Shown here one piece after another: positions 50,623 to 60,167 of a DNA stretch of 64,000 bases; positions within the stretch are counted from its first letter, which is position 1; each line of letters begins with the position of its first letter. Origin of the DNA: an uncultured virus (IMG/VR IMGVR_UViG_3300010885_066780). Its lineage: Duplodnaviria; Heunggongvirae; Uroviricota; Caudoviricetes. The stretch lies in the IMG/VR virus record IMGVR_UViG_3300010885_066780; one strand, written 5' to 3'. The notes below the pieces were generated by a model, which worked only from the letters and a program-made list of their open reading frames with translations, searched no databases and had not been told where the DNA came from. A program made the translations under genes and the position numbers.

Positions 50623-50904
50623 GTGATGAAATTTAGCAGCATTCGGTATTGGGCCACCGATTCCAAAACCCATAATTTCACTTGGATGATTTCAGCGTTG
50701 CGAACTGCTGATGTCACATTTGCTAATCAGATGTTTGATTCCGTTGCGTGGAACACTTTGGATTCGGAAATCAGCCTAATTGAACTCAGCCTGCCTGACA
50801 CCGGAATCACTAAACGAAAATACAAAAATCCACAGCTGGCATATGACATTGGTTGCAACTCAAGCGCACAAAAATATTTTTCAAGCACTGAAGAAAACTA
50901 TTGA
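50623..50904 (+). CDS. Hypothetical protein
   Basis: Operon-like packing. Confidence 0.5.
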   Translation: MMKFSSIRYWATDSKTHNFTWMISALRTADVTFANQMFDSVAWNTLDSEISLIELSLPDTGITKRKYKNPQLAYDIGCNSSAQKYFSSTEENY

Positions 50905-50954
50905 CGAGACGTTTGTGTACCGTTATCATTGACACCTAACCAAGGGTGGGTTCA

Positions 50955-51101
50955 ATGAAAAAGGCAGTCAAACTTCCCAAGTCTCGCAATCCTGTTGCAA
51001 AGAATATGCACAAGGTGACTCGTCCTGTTGTAGTTCCTGCCAAAAAAGGACGTGGTTCTGTCTATCGGCGAAATCAGCTTCCCAAACAAGATGTGGAATG
51101 A
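50955..51101 (+). CDS. ArfA-like basic peptide (48 aa, not in ORF track)
   Basis: MKKAVKLPKSRNPVAKNMHKVTRPVVVPAKKGRGSVYRR...; resembles the ArfA KKGKGSYxR motif; TTGACG-N17-TATCAT promoter upstream. Confidence 0.6.
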   Translation: MKKAVKLPKSRNPVAKNMHKVTRPVVVPAKKGRGSVYRRNQLPKQDVE

Positions 51102-51165
51102 TTTGACAATTTGACTTCGTTGTCTTAGATTTAATTGATATGATATTTACAGGGTTTAGGAAATT

Positions 51166-51624
51166 ATGACACAACGAACGAGAGATGAGTGGGAACGCGA
51201 GGCTATTAACTGTCGGCGCGGTGAAACATCACCCGCTTACAGCGATGCGGTCTTGGACGTGCTGATGCTCTACGCTCAAGTAGACCGGCTGAAGGTCGAG
51301 AACGCGGTCCTCAAAGTAGAGTACGACAAGTTGGATCAAGCTTGGCTCAACGCGGAAGGTGAGATCGAAACCCTCAAGGCGAAAGTGGCTGAACGGGACT
51401 GGCGACCGATTGAAAGTGCGCCCAAGGATGGGACACGCATCCTTTGTATGGGCGGAGGCTGCCAACCGGCTATTTTCCAGTGGGACGGCCCGTCTGATGG
51501 GGCAATTTATGCCGCAACTCCATCGCACTTCAATTGGTGCGACGATAGCGGAAGTCACTGTCCAGACGATGCCCTTACCCACTGGATGCCCCTTCCCGCC
51601 CTCACAAAGGATCCCAACCAATGA
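51166..51624 (+). CDS. DUF551-like protein with coiled coil
   Basis: 'WRPIESAPKDGT.IL...THWMPLP'. Confidence 0.75.
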   Translation: MTQRTRDEWEREAINCRRGETSPAYSDAVLDVLMLYAQVDRLKVENAVLKVEYDKLDQAWLNAEGEIETLKAKVAERDWRPIESAPKDGTRILCMGGGCQPAIFQWDGPSDGAIYAATPSHFNWCDDSGSHCPDDALTHWMPLPALTKDPNQ

Positions 51625-51791
51625 CGATTGAAAAATTGCTGCCCTGGATTGCAATGGTAATAATCATAGCCCAACATGTGTTGCTCTGGGCATTGGTGTA
51701 CATGACACGAACAGCACAGAAACATGCGAATGAAGCATGGGATTATGTTGTTACTCTCTACGACTTAGAAAAGGATCCTCATAATGAGTGA
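51621..51791 (+). CDS. Small membrane protein (56 aa, not in ORF track)
   Basis: MTIEKLLPWIAMVIIIAQHVLLWALVY...; overlaps both neighbours. Confidence 0.55.
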   Translation: MTIEKLLPWIAMVIIIAQHVLLWALVYMTRTAQKHANEAWDYVVTLYDLEKDPHNE

Positions 51792-52029
51792 TCAAAAAAC
51801 GTGGCAACCAACGCCCGAACAAATGATCGAAATCATGAACCTTGATGGACTATTGTCACGCGGCCAAATTCATCCAGTTGATTATATTTCTAGAATCTTG
51901 GCTGCTGGTCCAGACTGGCAATCTATAGCCGTGGATTTAGCGAACGGTATTGATGCTTCTTGGTGGGGTGACTGGGAACCGTTGAAAACTGCTTTAGAAC
52001 GCTACCGCGCGGCTGGAGAGAAGCCGTGA
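51784..52029 (+). CDS. Hypothetical protein
   Basis: AAGGA SD, operon packing. Confidence 0.6.
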   Translation: MSDQKTWQPTPEQMIEIMNLDGLLSRGQIHPVDYISRILAAGPDWQSIAVDLANGIDASWWGDWEPLKTALERYRAAGEKP

Positions 52030-52135
52030 ACTATCCGAAATGGTGCTGTCAAACATGTGGCTACCCTATCGGGTATATTGGATGGTTTCTGCAATGGGCC
52101 CGACTGTCGCCACATCAATGTAAAGGATCCGGCCG

Positions 52136-52384
52136 ATGACAACCCTTAGGGAAAAGATCGCAGACGTTGTTGACGAAACCGTTGAACCGGATGGGAGAGG
52201 CGGATCTATAACAAGTTCAGTTACATTAGATGCTGTTATCGCCGCCGTGATTGAACATGCGACGAGCGATGAGGCGGTGGAGCGGGCAAATAATGCATGG
52301 GTCGAGAAAAACGAAACACACGGCTATGACCCAAGCAATTACCATTTCCGCGCAGCTATCCGCGCAGCTATAGAAGGTGAGTGA
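52136..52384 (+). CDS. Hypothetical protein, paralog of 52508..52753
   Basis: Shared 'TLREKIA...AVIEHAT..EAV.R...IRAAIEG'. Confidence 0.7.
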   Translation: MTTLREKIADVVDETVEPDGRGGSITSSVTLDAVIAAVIEHATSDEAVERANNAWVEKNETHGYDPSNYHFRAAIRAAIEGE

Positions 52385-52507
52385 TGACCACAGTGCATAC
52401 TTGCAAACAGTGTGATAAAAATACGGGAATTTGGCTATATAAAATCAGTCAATTACCCAAATTCATTACAATTGAACAGATGAAAACGCGTCGAGAATTG
52501 AGGGATA

Positions 52508-52753
52508 ATGTCTACACTTAGAGAAAAGATTGCAGTAGAAATTTGGAAGGCACAGATTCGTGAGCAGGATAATTCAGAAGCTGTCACTGCTATTTTGGTG
52601 GCTGTGATTGAACATGCGACTTGCGAAGAAGCAGTAAAACGTTTTCTTTTAGAACAATATGGAGAACCAGATGAAGATGATCCGTCCCACAATTGGGCGC
52701 CGGATACTTTTCAAATTATAAGTGATTCCATTCGAGCAGCAATAGAGGGGTGA
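52508..52753 (+). CDS. Hypothetical protein, paralog of 52136..52384
   Basis: Same shared motifs. Confidence 0.7.
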   Translation: MSTLREKIAVEIWKAQIREQDNSEAVTAILVAVIEHATCEEAVKRFLLEQYGEPDEDDPSHNWAPDTFQIISDSIRAAIEG

Positions 52754-53067
52754 ACATGGATCCAATTTCATTTTTATTGGGATTTTTTTTAGGTGGTATG
52801 ATAGGAATTACAGTGCTGGTTATTGTGATTTCAATACAACCTAAATCAAAGAAAAAAGATGCTCAACAAGTTTGGCTCAAATATGACGGTGGTCGGTTTG
52901 CCAAAGCCAATCTCAAAACCAATCCCTGGCGAGAAAAATATTGCTGGTGGGATGAAGAATCTGAACAGGGCTTGATTTTCCTATTAGAAGACGGTACTGT
53001 GAAAACAGACGAAGTGAGCCAGCACGTGACAAACTGGAAATTTGTGGAAACAGGAGATTCCCGATGA
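52750..53067 (+). CDS. Membrane-anchored hypothetical protein
   Basis: N-terminal hydrophobic helix. Confidence 0.6.
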   Translation: MNMDPISFLLGFFLGGMIGITVLVIVISIQPKSKKKDAQQVWLKYDGGRFAKANLKTNPWREKYCWWDEESEQGLIFLLEDGTVKTDEVSQHVTNWKFVETGDSR

Positions 53068-53378
53068 GTGATTATCAAAATATTAATAAGATCAGATATA
53101 ATCTACGAGTACTTCGTTATTACCCTGGCACTGACTACTGGTTTGATATTTGGAATCGAAACAAGCATGCAGTTGATCTAGTAGACGAAGCAGTCAAGTG
53201 GTTTGACATTGGCATTAACTATATTGATGATCCTGACTTGCAATCAAAGGTCCGGACCATTCGTGATCAACTGGCCAAGTCCAAAACTAGCAAGACGCCT
53301 TTCGATGAATATTTTGCTGCCTATGAAGCAGTTCGAGCACTTAGCCGAGAGGATGAACGTCTGCTGCTTACCAAATAA
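53064..53378 (+). CDS. Hypothetical protein
   Basis: ATGA overlap, AGGAG SD. Confidence 0.6.
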   Translation: MSDYQNINKIRYNLRVLRYYPGTDYWFDIWNRNKHAVDLVDEAVKWFDIGINYIDDPDLQSKVRTIRDQLAKSKTSKTPFDEYFAAYEAVRALSREDERLLLTK

Positions 53379-53477
53379 ACGAATATAACACCCGGCAGAG
53401 TTTTCCAATCGATAACTTTTTGTTGACTTCTTTCTCAGAACTGTTACTATGTCTTTGTTAAACAAAGGAGCTACAAA

Positions 53478-53768
53478 ATGTCTTATGTAATTTACAGCAA
53501 GAATTCGGAAAATGGTCGAGTCAAGCGTATGACCACGCATGCTACTCTGCGTGGCGCAAAGATCAGCATGGCCGCACTGCAAAAGCGAGAAAATGCACGG
53601 TGGGGTGATCGAGCTGCACAATATCAAATTACAGATGTCGAAAATTATAATGCCACTGTGAATGGAAAGATCATGGTGCGCAACTTGATGTCGGGCGCGA
53701 TGGTCGAAGAAGATGCAGACACCCCACACTTTTGCAGTGTTAGCAGTGAAAGCTACTGGTCGATGTGA
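53478..53768 (+). CDS. Hypothetical early protein
   Basis: TTGACT-N17-TACTAT promoter, AAGGAG SD. Confidence 0.7.
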   Translation: MSYVIYSKNSENGRVKRMTTHATLRGAKISMAALQKRENARWGDRAAQYQITDVENYNATVNGKIMVRNLMSGAMVEEDADTPHFCSVSSESYWSM

Positions 53769-53800
53769 CCAACGATTTATATAGTTTTATACCAAATTGG

Positions 53801-53828
53801 TCCCAGGCTTATGTCTGGGATCTTTTTT
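53801..53828 (+). terminator. Intrinsic terminator
   Basis: TCCCAGGC-TTAT-GTCTGGGA followed by a T-run. Confidence 0.7.
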
Positions 53829-54892
53829 CAACTGAATGTCATGAGAAATTCTAATCGGTCTGATTCGGATTTGAAAATCAATGAAGTTTTGAAATGGTTT
53901 TCAAAACTAGCATTCCACTCACTTTTGAGAGTCTGTTCAATGTCCAATTCATATTGTCGTACTTGATCATACATGGTTTTTATATGTTTGGGTTTGGAGT
54001 TTGAAATGGGTATAGAATCTCTGAATTTCTGCCAATAGGACAGTTTATTCCAGTTAATGTCATAAAGTTTCAAAATTATATCAGTCATTTGATCATCCAA
54101 ACGTTATCAAAAATTCAAATTTATCGGCTTCAGATTCAAAAATCAATACTTCATTATCAGGATCATATGTGGCAGAAAATTTCGATACTGCATTTTGAAT
54201 TTCCTCATTAATTTCTTCCGCGTATTCACTCCTCGCAGAAAACCTTCTCCAATACCATTCAGTTTCATAAATATCAATTGAATTCAACATGTTGTACCAG
54301 CAATCATGAGTTGAATCAATGGTTGCAGATTGTTGTTTAAAAATTTGAAGAATAATTTCAGTCATTAGCTTATCCAAACGTCAAAAGGAATTCAAATCTA
54401 TCTTCAATAGAATCAAATCGAATTATGAAATCAGCGCCCAGTAATTGCAAGCGACCATTGAAATTTTTCAAGACTTGATCACGCCACAGATAAATTGATT
54501 CGCCGTTTGAATATTCTGAACTGTATTCATAGGTTGTTTCATAGTGGTTTTTAAAATTCCACCAAACATTGGTGAACATGTCAAAAGATCCCAAATGTAG
54601 ATCAGCGGGTTCCATTAGTTTAACTCCACTGTAATTTAAATTCCAGCTGGAGATCTGGGTCATCAAACGTGATTATATTGCCATTCTCTTCTATAGCAGC
54701 TGAATATTCAGCCAATAGTTGTTTTTCTAATTCAAAATTATACCGATTCAAGCGATCTTGTAAAATAAAATTTATGAATTTTGGATAATCGCCGATATCT
54801 ATTTGATTTTTTTCCAAAGCTTTCACACCCATGTTAACATGTAAAAATCCAAAATAGTAATATAAAGTAATATAAATTAATTGATTTGTCAA
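53828..54892 (-). repeat. Array C, distal part: 4 EDKLEF-family ORFs (stops at 53828, 54093, 54370, 54620)
   Basis: End EFLMTFS, EFLITFG, EFLLTFG, EFKLQWS. Confidence 0.85.
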
Positions 54893-54917
54893 TCAATTTA
54901 TCATATAAATAAAACAA

Positions 54918-56129
54918 ATGAAATCAATCAAACTCGAAGCTGATTATGATTATGAACAAGTAGCAGACATACAACGTGTCTATTCGTCTGCTGTGCGATC
55001 TGCTTTTCAATTCCCCAAATCAACTAAAGAAATTGATGTTCGAGCTGATTTACGTTCCAAATTCCCCGAGTTGGGAAGTTGGCTATTGCAATGTGCTGTG
55101 CAACAAGGGCGCGGCATACGAAAACGATTCCCAGATCAACAAATTGTATTTGGTGGCAAGAAAAACTTTGCAGATCGAACAAGAAACCGAATAACTCAAT
55201 CAGAATATCGAGCTAACAGATTAATTCCCATGACAATTCAAGGCGAAGCATCACAAAAAAGCAATAGGTTGTTTGAATTCGATTTAGCAAACCAAACAAT
55301 TGTATTTAAACCAAAGTCGGGAATTCGAATCAACATTCAATTAAAAGGCATCGGTACAAATCGACAACTAGATTTGAATTGGTTACAAACACAAATCGGA
55401 TTAAAACCAATCACCGTTGTTTTATCAAAAGGATACGTTGTTATTCAATTTGATGATAATCGAACGTATGATACACCAAAAATAATTGGTCGCACAGCTG
55501 GTATTGATCAAAACCCGAACTCAATTGGTTTGGCTATACGAGATGGCCAAAAGATCGTCCATTCAGCTATGTTTGACTTGCATGAGATAGCAGATCAAAA
55601 CAAAAAGCGACACGAAATAATTCAAATAACACAAAAAATAATTGAGTTGCTAGTTCATTTCCAAGTTGCGAGTTGTAACTTGGAAAAACTAACTATGGGT
55701 GCTAAAGACCAGGGAAAAGGACTTCGTTTTAATAGAACTGTTAATAATCAATGGCATCGTATTTTATTTCAAGCACAATTAAAGAAACGACTCAGAATGT
55801 ATGGTGTTGAAATACGTGAAGTCAAATGCAATTATTCCAGTTATATTGGCAACATAATAAATTTTACCTATCCAGATGCAATTGCAGCAGCAATTGAGAT
55901 CAGTTATAGACATACGCGATATCTACCCGAAGAAAAACTAGATTCCCACAACACATTTTTTTACCTATGGAAGGAATTAGGAGATTGTTGTGCTAGTTGG
56001 CTGGAGTTGTGTAAATCTATCAAAAATGCGAAATTGAAATATCGTGTTTCCCACAAACCGGGTTCAAATACCTGCAGTGGTTTTAGATTAATGAGTGAAC
56101 GTAGTCTTGTTACTATTTTTACTCGTTAG
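54918..56129 (+). CDS. tnpB: TnpB-like (IS200/IS605/IS607-related) RuvC nuclease, no transposase nearby
   Basis: RuvC-I 'AGIDQN', RuvC-II 'NLEKL', 'NNQW.R', 'YSSYIG', RuvC-III 'PDAIAAA'; lacks the usual CxxC finger. Confidence 0.82.
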   Translation: MKSIKLEADYDYEQVADIQRVYSSAVRSAFQFPKSTKEIDVRADLRSKFPELGSWLLQCAVQQGRGIRKRFPDQQIVFGGKKNFADRTRNRITQSEYRANRLIPMTIQGEASQKSNRLFEFDLANQTIVFKPKSGIRINIQLKGIGTNRQLDLNWLQTQIGLKPITVVLSKGYVVIQFDDNRTYDTPKIIGRTAGIDQNPNSIGLAIRDGQKIVHSAMFDLHEIADQNKKRHEIIQITQKIIELLVHFQVASCNLEKLTMGAKDQGKGLRFNRTVNNQWHRILFQAQLKKRLRMYGVEIREVKCNYSSYIGNIINFTYPDAIAAAIEISYRHTRYLPEEKLDSHNTFFYLWKELGDCCASWLELCKSIKNAKLKYRVSHKPGSNTCSGFRLMSERSLVTIFTR

Positions 56130-56131
56130 TT
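56086..56131 (+). ncRNA. Long hairpin at the tnpB 3' end (candidate omega-RNA / right-end element)
   Basis: ~19-bp stem (G-U pairs, one mismatch) around loop CTTGTT (56106-56111). Confidence 0.45.
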
Positions 56132-57149
56132 ATTTTAATTTAAATTCCAATAAATCTTCTGAAGAATCAAATATTATTATTCCGCCAGGAACATATTCAC
56201 CGCGGTATTTTTTGGCTTCTTGACATCTGATATCATATATAATAGGATACAATACACCAGTTTGACGACCACCGCATATTGCCATTGCCAGATTATCACA
56301 GTGCTCGTCAAATTTTTTGGTGATTGAAGTTGCAAATTCAGGTTGTGTCACTTCACTGTATTGTATCATCTTATCCCCAATAGATCTGAAATTCAAATTT
56401 ATCTTCTGCTGTTTCAAAAATTATGTTGTCATCTGTGAGTGTTGCATTGAATGGTAGAAGTTCATGATTTAAAATCGCGTTCCAAGTTTCATACATGCTA
56501 GATTTTATAGGTGTTCTGTAAAAAATTTCTGAACAATGATCAATAAAATGAGAAAACGAATAGATAGAAGTACTATCACGTTTGATGACAATTAATTCGT
56601 CTTGCGTTATCATCTTATCCCCATACCATTTTGAATTCCAAAAGATCGGTTTCACTGTTAAACATGATAAGATCACGTTTTTTGTACCCGTTGAATTTGG
56701 CTAATTCTTGATCACACAAATCTTCGAATGATTTATATGGGAATTGAATTGATCTACCACAATCACGCACAATGTTCACCCACTTGATGTCACAATATAG
56801 TATAAAATTCAAAAAATATATAGGCATGTGATTTGGATTTGTGCCTTGATGAAATCCAATAAATGGTTCGTCATTTGAAGTAGTCATCTCATCCCCACGC
56901 CAACTTGAATTCCAGCATGTCTTCAGCTGATTGAAAAACAAGGTGTCTTTCAATATATTTCCCATTAAATTTTTCAAGTTCAAGATGTGTCAATGTACGT
57001 CGTATGTCTAAAAACTCTCCATAGTTTTTTGAACGTTCTGCAGCACGATCACCTACCCAATCATAAAATTTCTCTACTGACATCCATGGATAAATCATGA
57101 AATCAGTTTTCCAGGGTGTTTTGTCCACAGCTAACATTTTGATACTCAT
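56130..57149 (-). repeat. Array C, proximal part: 4 EDKLEF-family ORFs (56130-56369, 56371-56613, 56615-56887, 56889-57149)
   Basis: GGGGAT(A/G)AGATG junctions; last member ends short (EFKLK*) at the tnpB boundary; TTGACA-N16-TATAAT at 57189-57162. Confidence 0.85.
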
Positions 57150-57247
57150 TAATCAAACTAAATTATATGAAAAAACCAACCGATGTCAAATAGCTTTCTT
57201 GACATGTGAAAGCAAAACTGCTATTATCATCAAGTAGTTAACTGTTT

Positions 57248-57697
57248 TTGGTAATTCAAATGTATGAACGCAGGCATCAAAAGATTTTCAGAGAATTGGA
57301 CAAGGTCACTCAAACTCTGGAACCAGTTTTCAAAGCTCGCATTGCCGCGGCACTAGTTTATAAAAATGAAATTATCGCACTGGGAATCAACAGCAACAAA
57401 ACGCATCCACTGCAAAAGCGATTTGCAATTCCCAAGTATTCCAGTCCCAATACTGAACGTATCTACAAGCATGCAGAAATCGATTGTTTGCGGCAAGCAC
57501 TTAGAAACACTGATGATGCCACCATTCAGCGAGCGACTATGTATGTTTATCGGTCAAAGATTCAGGATCAATTCAGTGGCAAGTCAATTCCAGCATTAAG
57601 TCGACCATGTCCCGGATGTCAATCGGCGCTGACTGCATTTGGAATCAGTCGAGTTTGTTATTCAACTGAAGAAGGTTATGCGTGGCTTGACGATTAG
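57248..57697 (+). CDS. Zinc-dependent cytidine/dCMP deaminase-like protein
   Basis: 'HAE' and 'PCPGC' motifs. Confidence 0.85.
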   Translation: MVIQMYERRHQKIFRELDKVTQTLEPVFKARIAAALVYKNEIIALGINSNKTHPLQKRFAIPKYSSPNTERIYKHAEIDCLRQALRNTDDATIQRATMYVYRSKIQDQFSGKSIPALSRPCPGCQSALTAFGISRVCYSTEEGYAWLDD

Positions 57698-58338
57698 ACA
57701 ACTTGTTTTTTAAGACCATTTAAAAATTGATCCCATTGCATCAGCAACTTTTCAGTTTCAAACCAAATTTGTGTACAAGCAAGATTGATGTCGGCTTGTT
57801 TTTCCAAACTTGGTCCTGCACTTTGAAACTCTTTTAGTTTTTGAGGACGTTTGTCAGTTATTTTAATGCTTGGTAATCTTGGTTGAGCAACAGTTTTATG
57901 CTCTTCCAGCAATCGGTTGACGATTGTGGTTAGTTCTGGAATTTTTTCCTGCAATTTGTCTAAAACGTCTTTGTATTTGTAGCTGGTGGCGGCTTCAGGA
58001 TCCTTGGATATTTGTAGGATAAAATTGTTGGTTTCAACAATGCGCGTGCAACAAGCATCTTCAGCTTTAAACAAACTTGCTACAAGTACTTTGGTGTCTT
58101 CTTTGGCAGCTTCTTTCAATTGTTTGGCTTGTTCTTCTAGTTGTTCCAAACGTAGAAGATTCATAACCAATTTGTTATATCGACGATTTCTATAACCGTT
58201 TAGGAATGCCACAATCTTGTTGACCACTCCCTTGCTACCACTAGCCGTATATGTTGTGGTGGGATCTGCATTTTCGGGTGGTTCATAATCCAGCTCTTTG
58301 GCTTCTTTTATGCTTTTTGCAAAATCTGAATATCTCAT
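57694..58338 (-). CDS. Putative virion protein (coiled coil)
   Basis: MRYSDF...IKE leader, TAAATA upstream. Confidence 0.5.
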   Translation of the reverse strand: MRYSDFAKSIKEAKELDYEPPENADPTTTYTASGSKGVVNKIVAFLNGYRNRRYNKLVMNLLRLEQLEEQAKQLKEAAKEDTKVLVASLFKAEDACCTRIVETNNFILQISKDPEAATSYKYKDVLDKLQEKIPELTTIVNRLLEEHKTVAQPRLPSIKITDKRPQKLKEFQSAGPSLEKQADINLACTQIWFETEKLLMQWDQFLNGLKKQVV

Positions 58339-58400
58339 GTGTTTCCTAAATTTGTAGACTATTTATTTATTCTGTTGGGCAGTATCTGTATAATTGAAAA

Positions 58401-58595
58401 ATGAAACTAGAACTATTCAGAGACTGGCCAGATGATGTGCTTCCTTGCTGGGAAACTAATCGACTACTGTGGCAAGAATTTTTGAAATTGAATCAATTGA
58501 AAAATTCACAAACGGTTTGGACAGAAGCTGAAGTAGTGCAGTGGATAGATTTAGAATTTTCAGAAAATAACATGTTGGAATTACAAAGGAAATAA
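58401..58595 (+). CDS. Hypothetical protein
   Basis: ORF after TATAAT. Confidence 0.5.
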   Translation: MKLELFRDWPDDVLPCWETNRLLWQEFLKLNQLKNSQTVWTEAEVVQWIDLEFSENNMLELQRK

Positions 58596-58787
58596 ATGAA
58601 AAAGTCCAATAATGATGCTTTGATTGGTGCAATATTTAATGCCAAACGCGCACTGGAAAATGCCCTCAGATGGAACAAAGATCCTCCTGTAATTTTAATG
58701 TGCCATGACGTGCAAGCTCTGACCAAAGCTGCTGAAGCTCAATTGGTGATTATCGAGTCTGCTGAAAAAACAGATCCACCGTCTTAG
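58596..58787 (+). CDS. Hypothetical protein
   Basis: AAGGA SD. Confidence 0.5.
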   Translation: MKKSNNDALIGAIFNAKRALENALRWNKDPPVILMCHDVQALTKAAEAQLVIIESAEKTDPPS

Positions 58788-59100
58788 AATTTTCAGCAGT
58801 TATTTCCACAATACCTTTTATAACAGCATCTGGTACTCTTTTTTGAAGTTGTTTTAAAATGTCATCTGTTTTGGATTCCAAACAACAGGCAATTACCCAG
58901 CTTTGTCGATGTTCAGATTGAAATCGAACTATTTCAGTTGCATTTAAATTTTTCCAAAGTTCATAGTAGCGTTCATTTTCTATGACCGTGTTGGTTTTGA
59001 TATTAAGCCAACTTCCCATTTCAATTAATTGGAACGGTGGATCGATATCTATTCTACCTTCTTGCCAAGTTTCAAAAATACAATAAAATTTTTTCACCAA
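58750..59100 (-). CDS. Hypothetical protein
   Basis: TAAATA directly upstream. Confidence 0.5.
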   Translation of the reverse strand: MVKKFYCIFETWQEGRIDIDPPFQLIEMGSWLNIKTNTVIENERYYELWKNLNATEIVRFQSEHRQSWVIACCLESKTDDILKQLQKRVPDAVIKGIVEITAENSKTVDLFFQQTR

Positions 59101-59122
59101 TTATTTATGATAAATAAACTGA

Positions 59123-59362
59123 ATGGCAAAAAATACTGACAATATACAAGTCACTGGAAAAATAGTTGAACTGCTTCCTAATGCGTTCTTTAGAGTTGAG
59201 CTGGAAAATTCTGTGAGAATATTGGGTCACTTGAGTGGTAAGATGCGGATGCACAATATTAGCATCAAATTGGGTGACCGAGTTGACATGGAAATGAGCC
59301 CCTATGATTTGACCAAGGGCCGAATCATATTCCGACACAAGGTTGATAATTTCAAAAAATAA
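59123..59362 (+). CDS. infA: Translation initiation factor IF-1
   Basis: '[18 protein letters not shown]...[33 protein letters not shown]'. Confidence 0.95.
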   Translation: MAKNTDNIQVTGKIVELLPNAFFRVELENSVRILGHLSGKMRMHNISIKLGDRVDMEMSPYDLTKGRIIFRHKVDNFKK

Positions 59363-59890
59363 TTATTGATCAGATTCCAACAATAGACCATTGTTGAAAA
59401 TTCTAAATAGTGTCAGCTCTTCAGAATCTGGTCGAGATTGATACGGTAGAATTTGATACTGCCATCCCAATCTTCGAGCTAACTTGGGAACTATATTTTT
59501 GTAGGATTCGATCCTAACAGGTTCTTTGGCGGAGAACATGATTTCGGTTGCAGATTCTGCCTTTATAAAATCCAGTAATATATTGTAGATTGTACTGAAA
59601 AGTCGAGTGGCACTAACTATTTTATTTTTTGCCAAGTTGTTCAATGCATAGGGATCGTGGAGGGGACGGTCCGGCCCAAATGTTCCAAACTCCATACTCC
59701 AAACTCGAGGATATTTTGCTAATCCACCGCGTTGAAAAGTAACTTCATATTTGATGTCTAATTTTTCAGTTGGTCGAAATTCCCAGGTATAGAGATTGCT
59801 GGTCTGAAAAGACAGGCTATATGTGAATGGTGCATCACCTGTTTCAAAAATTACAATTCTAGTGTTTTCAAATAAGTCAGTCAATCGCAT
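59363..59890 (-). CDS. Putative virion internal protein
   Basis: MRLTDLFE leader. Confidence 0.5.
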   Translation of the reverse strand: MRLTDLFENTRIVIFETGDAPFTYSLSFQTSNLYTWEFRPTEKLDIKYEVTFQRGGLAKYPRVWSMEFGTFGPDRPLHDPYALNNLAKNKIVSATRLFSTIYNILLDFIKAESATEIMFSAKEPVRIESYKNIVPKLARRLGWQYQILPYQSRPDSEELTLFRIFNNGLLLESDQ

Positions 59891-59897
59891 TCATTAT

Positions 59898-60167
59898 TTA
59901 TATATTTTTCAAGCTTGGGTCCCGACATGATTCAGATATGTAATGATATGCTTCAGGACTTTGTCTGCATGCGGCTGCTTGTATCATGGGTGCTGGAAAA
60001 TCTAAATAGGTAATTGCTCGCCAATCTGTTTTGACTGCTGATAATTGAACTCTCAGACTGGGATTTTTAATAAGCCGGATTAGGGTATGTCCGAGTTGTA
60101 CATAGAGCATTTGTCTATCTTCAGTCCAATTATTTGGATCATTATTTGGGTCAAAGTACTTAGTCAT
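59898..60167 (-). CDS. QLxAV helical-repeat protein
   Basis: 'PSLRVQLSAV...PAPMIQAAACRQ...CRDPSL'. Confidence 0.65.
   Translation of the reverse strand: MTKYFDPNNDPNNWTEDRQMLYVQLGHTLIRLIKNPSLRVQLSAVKTDWRAITYLDFPAPMIQAAACRQSPEAYHYISESCRDPSLKNI

Noticed and set aside
54918..56129. Autonomous IS element or Cas12 system
   Set aside because: No transposase or resolvase and no CRISPR array adjacent; IS ends could not be defined
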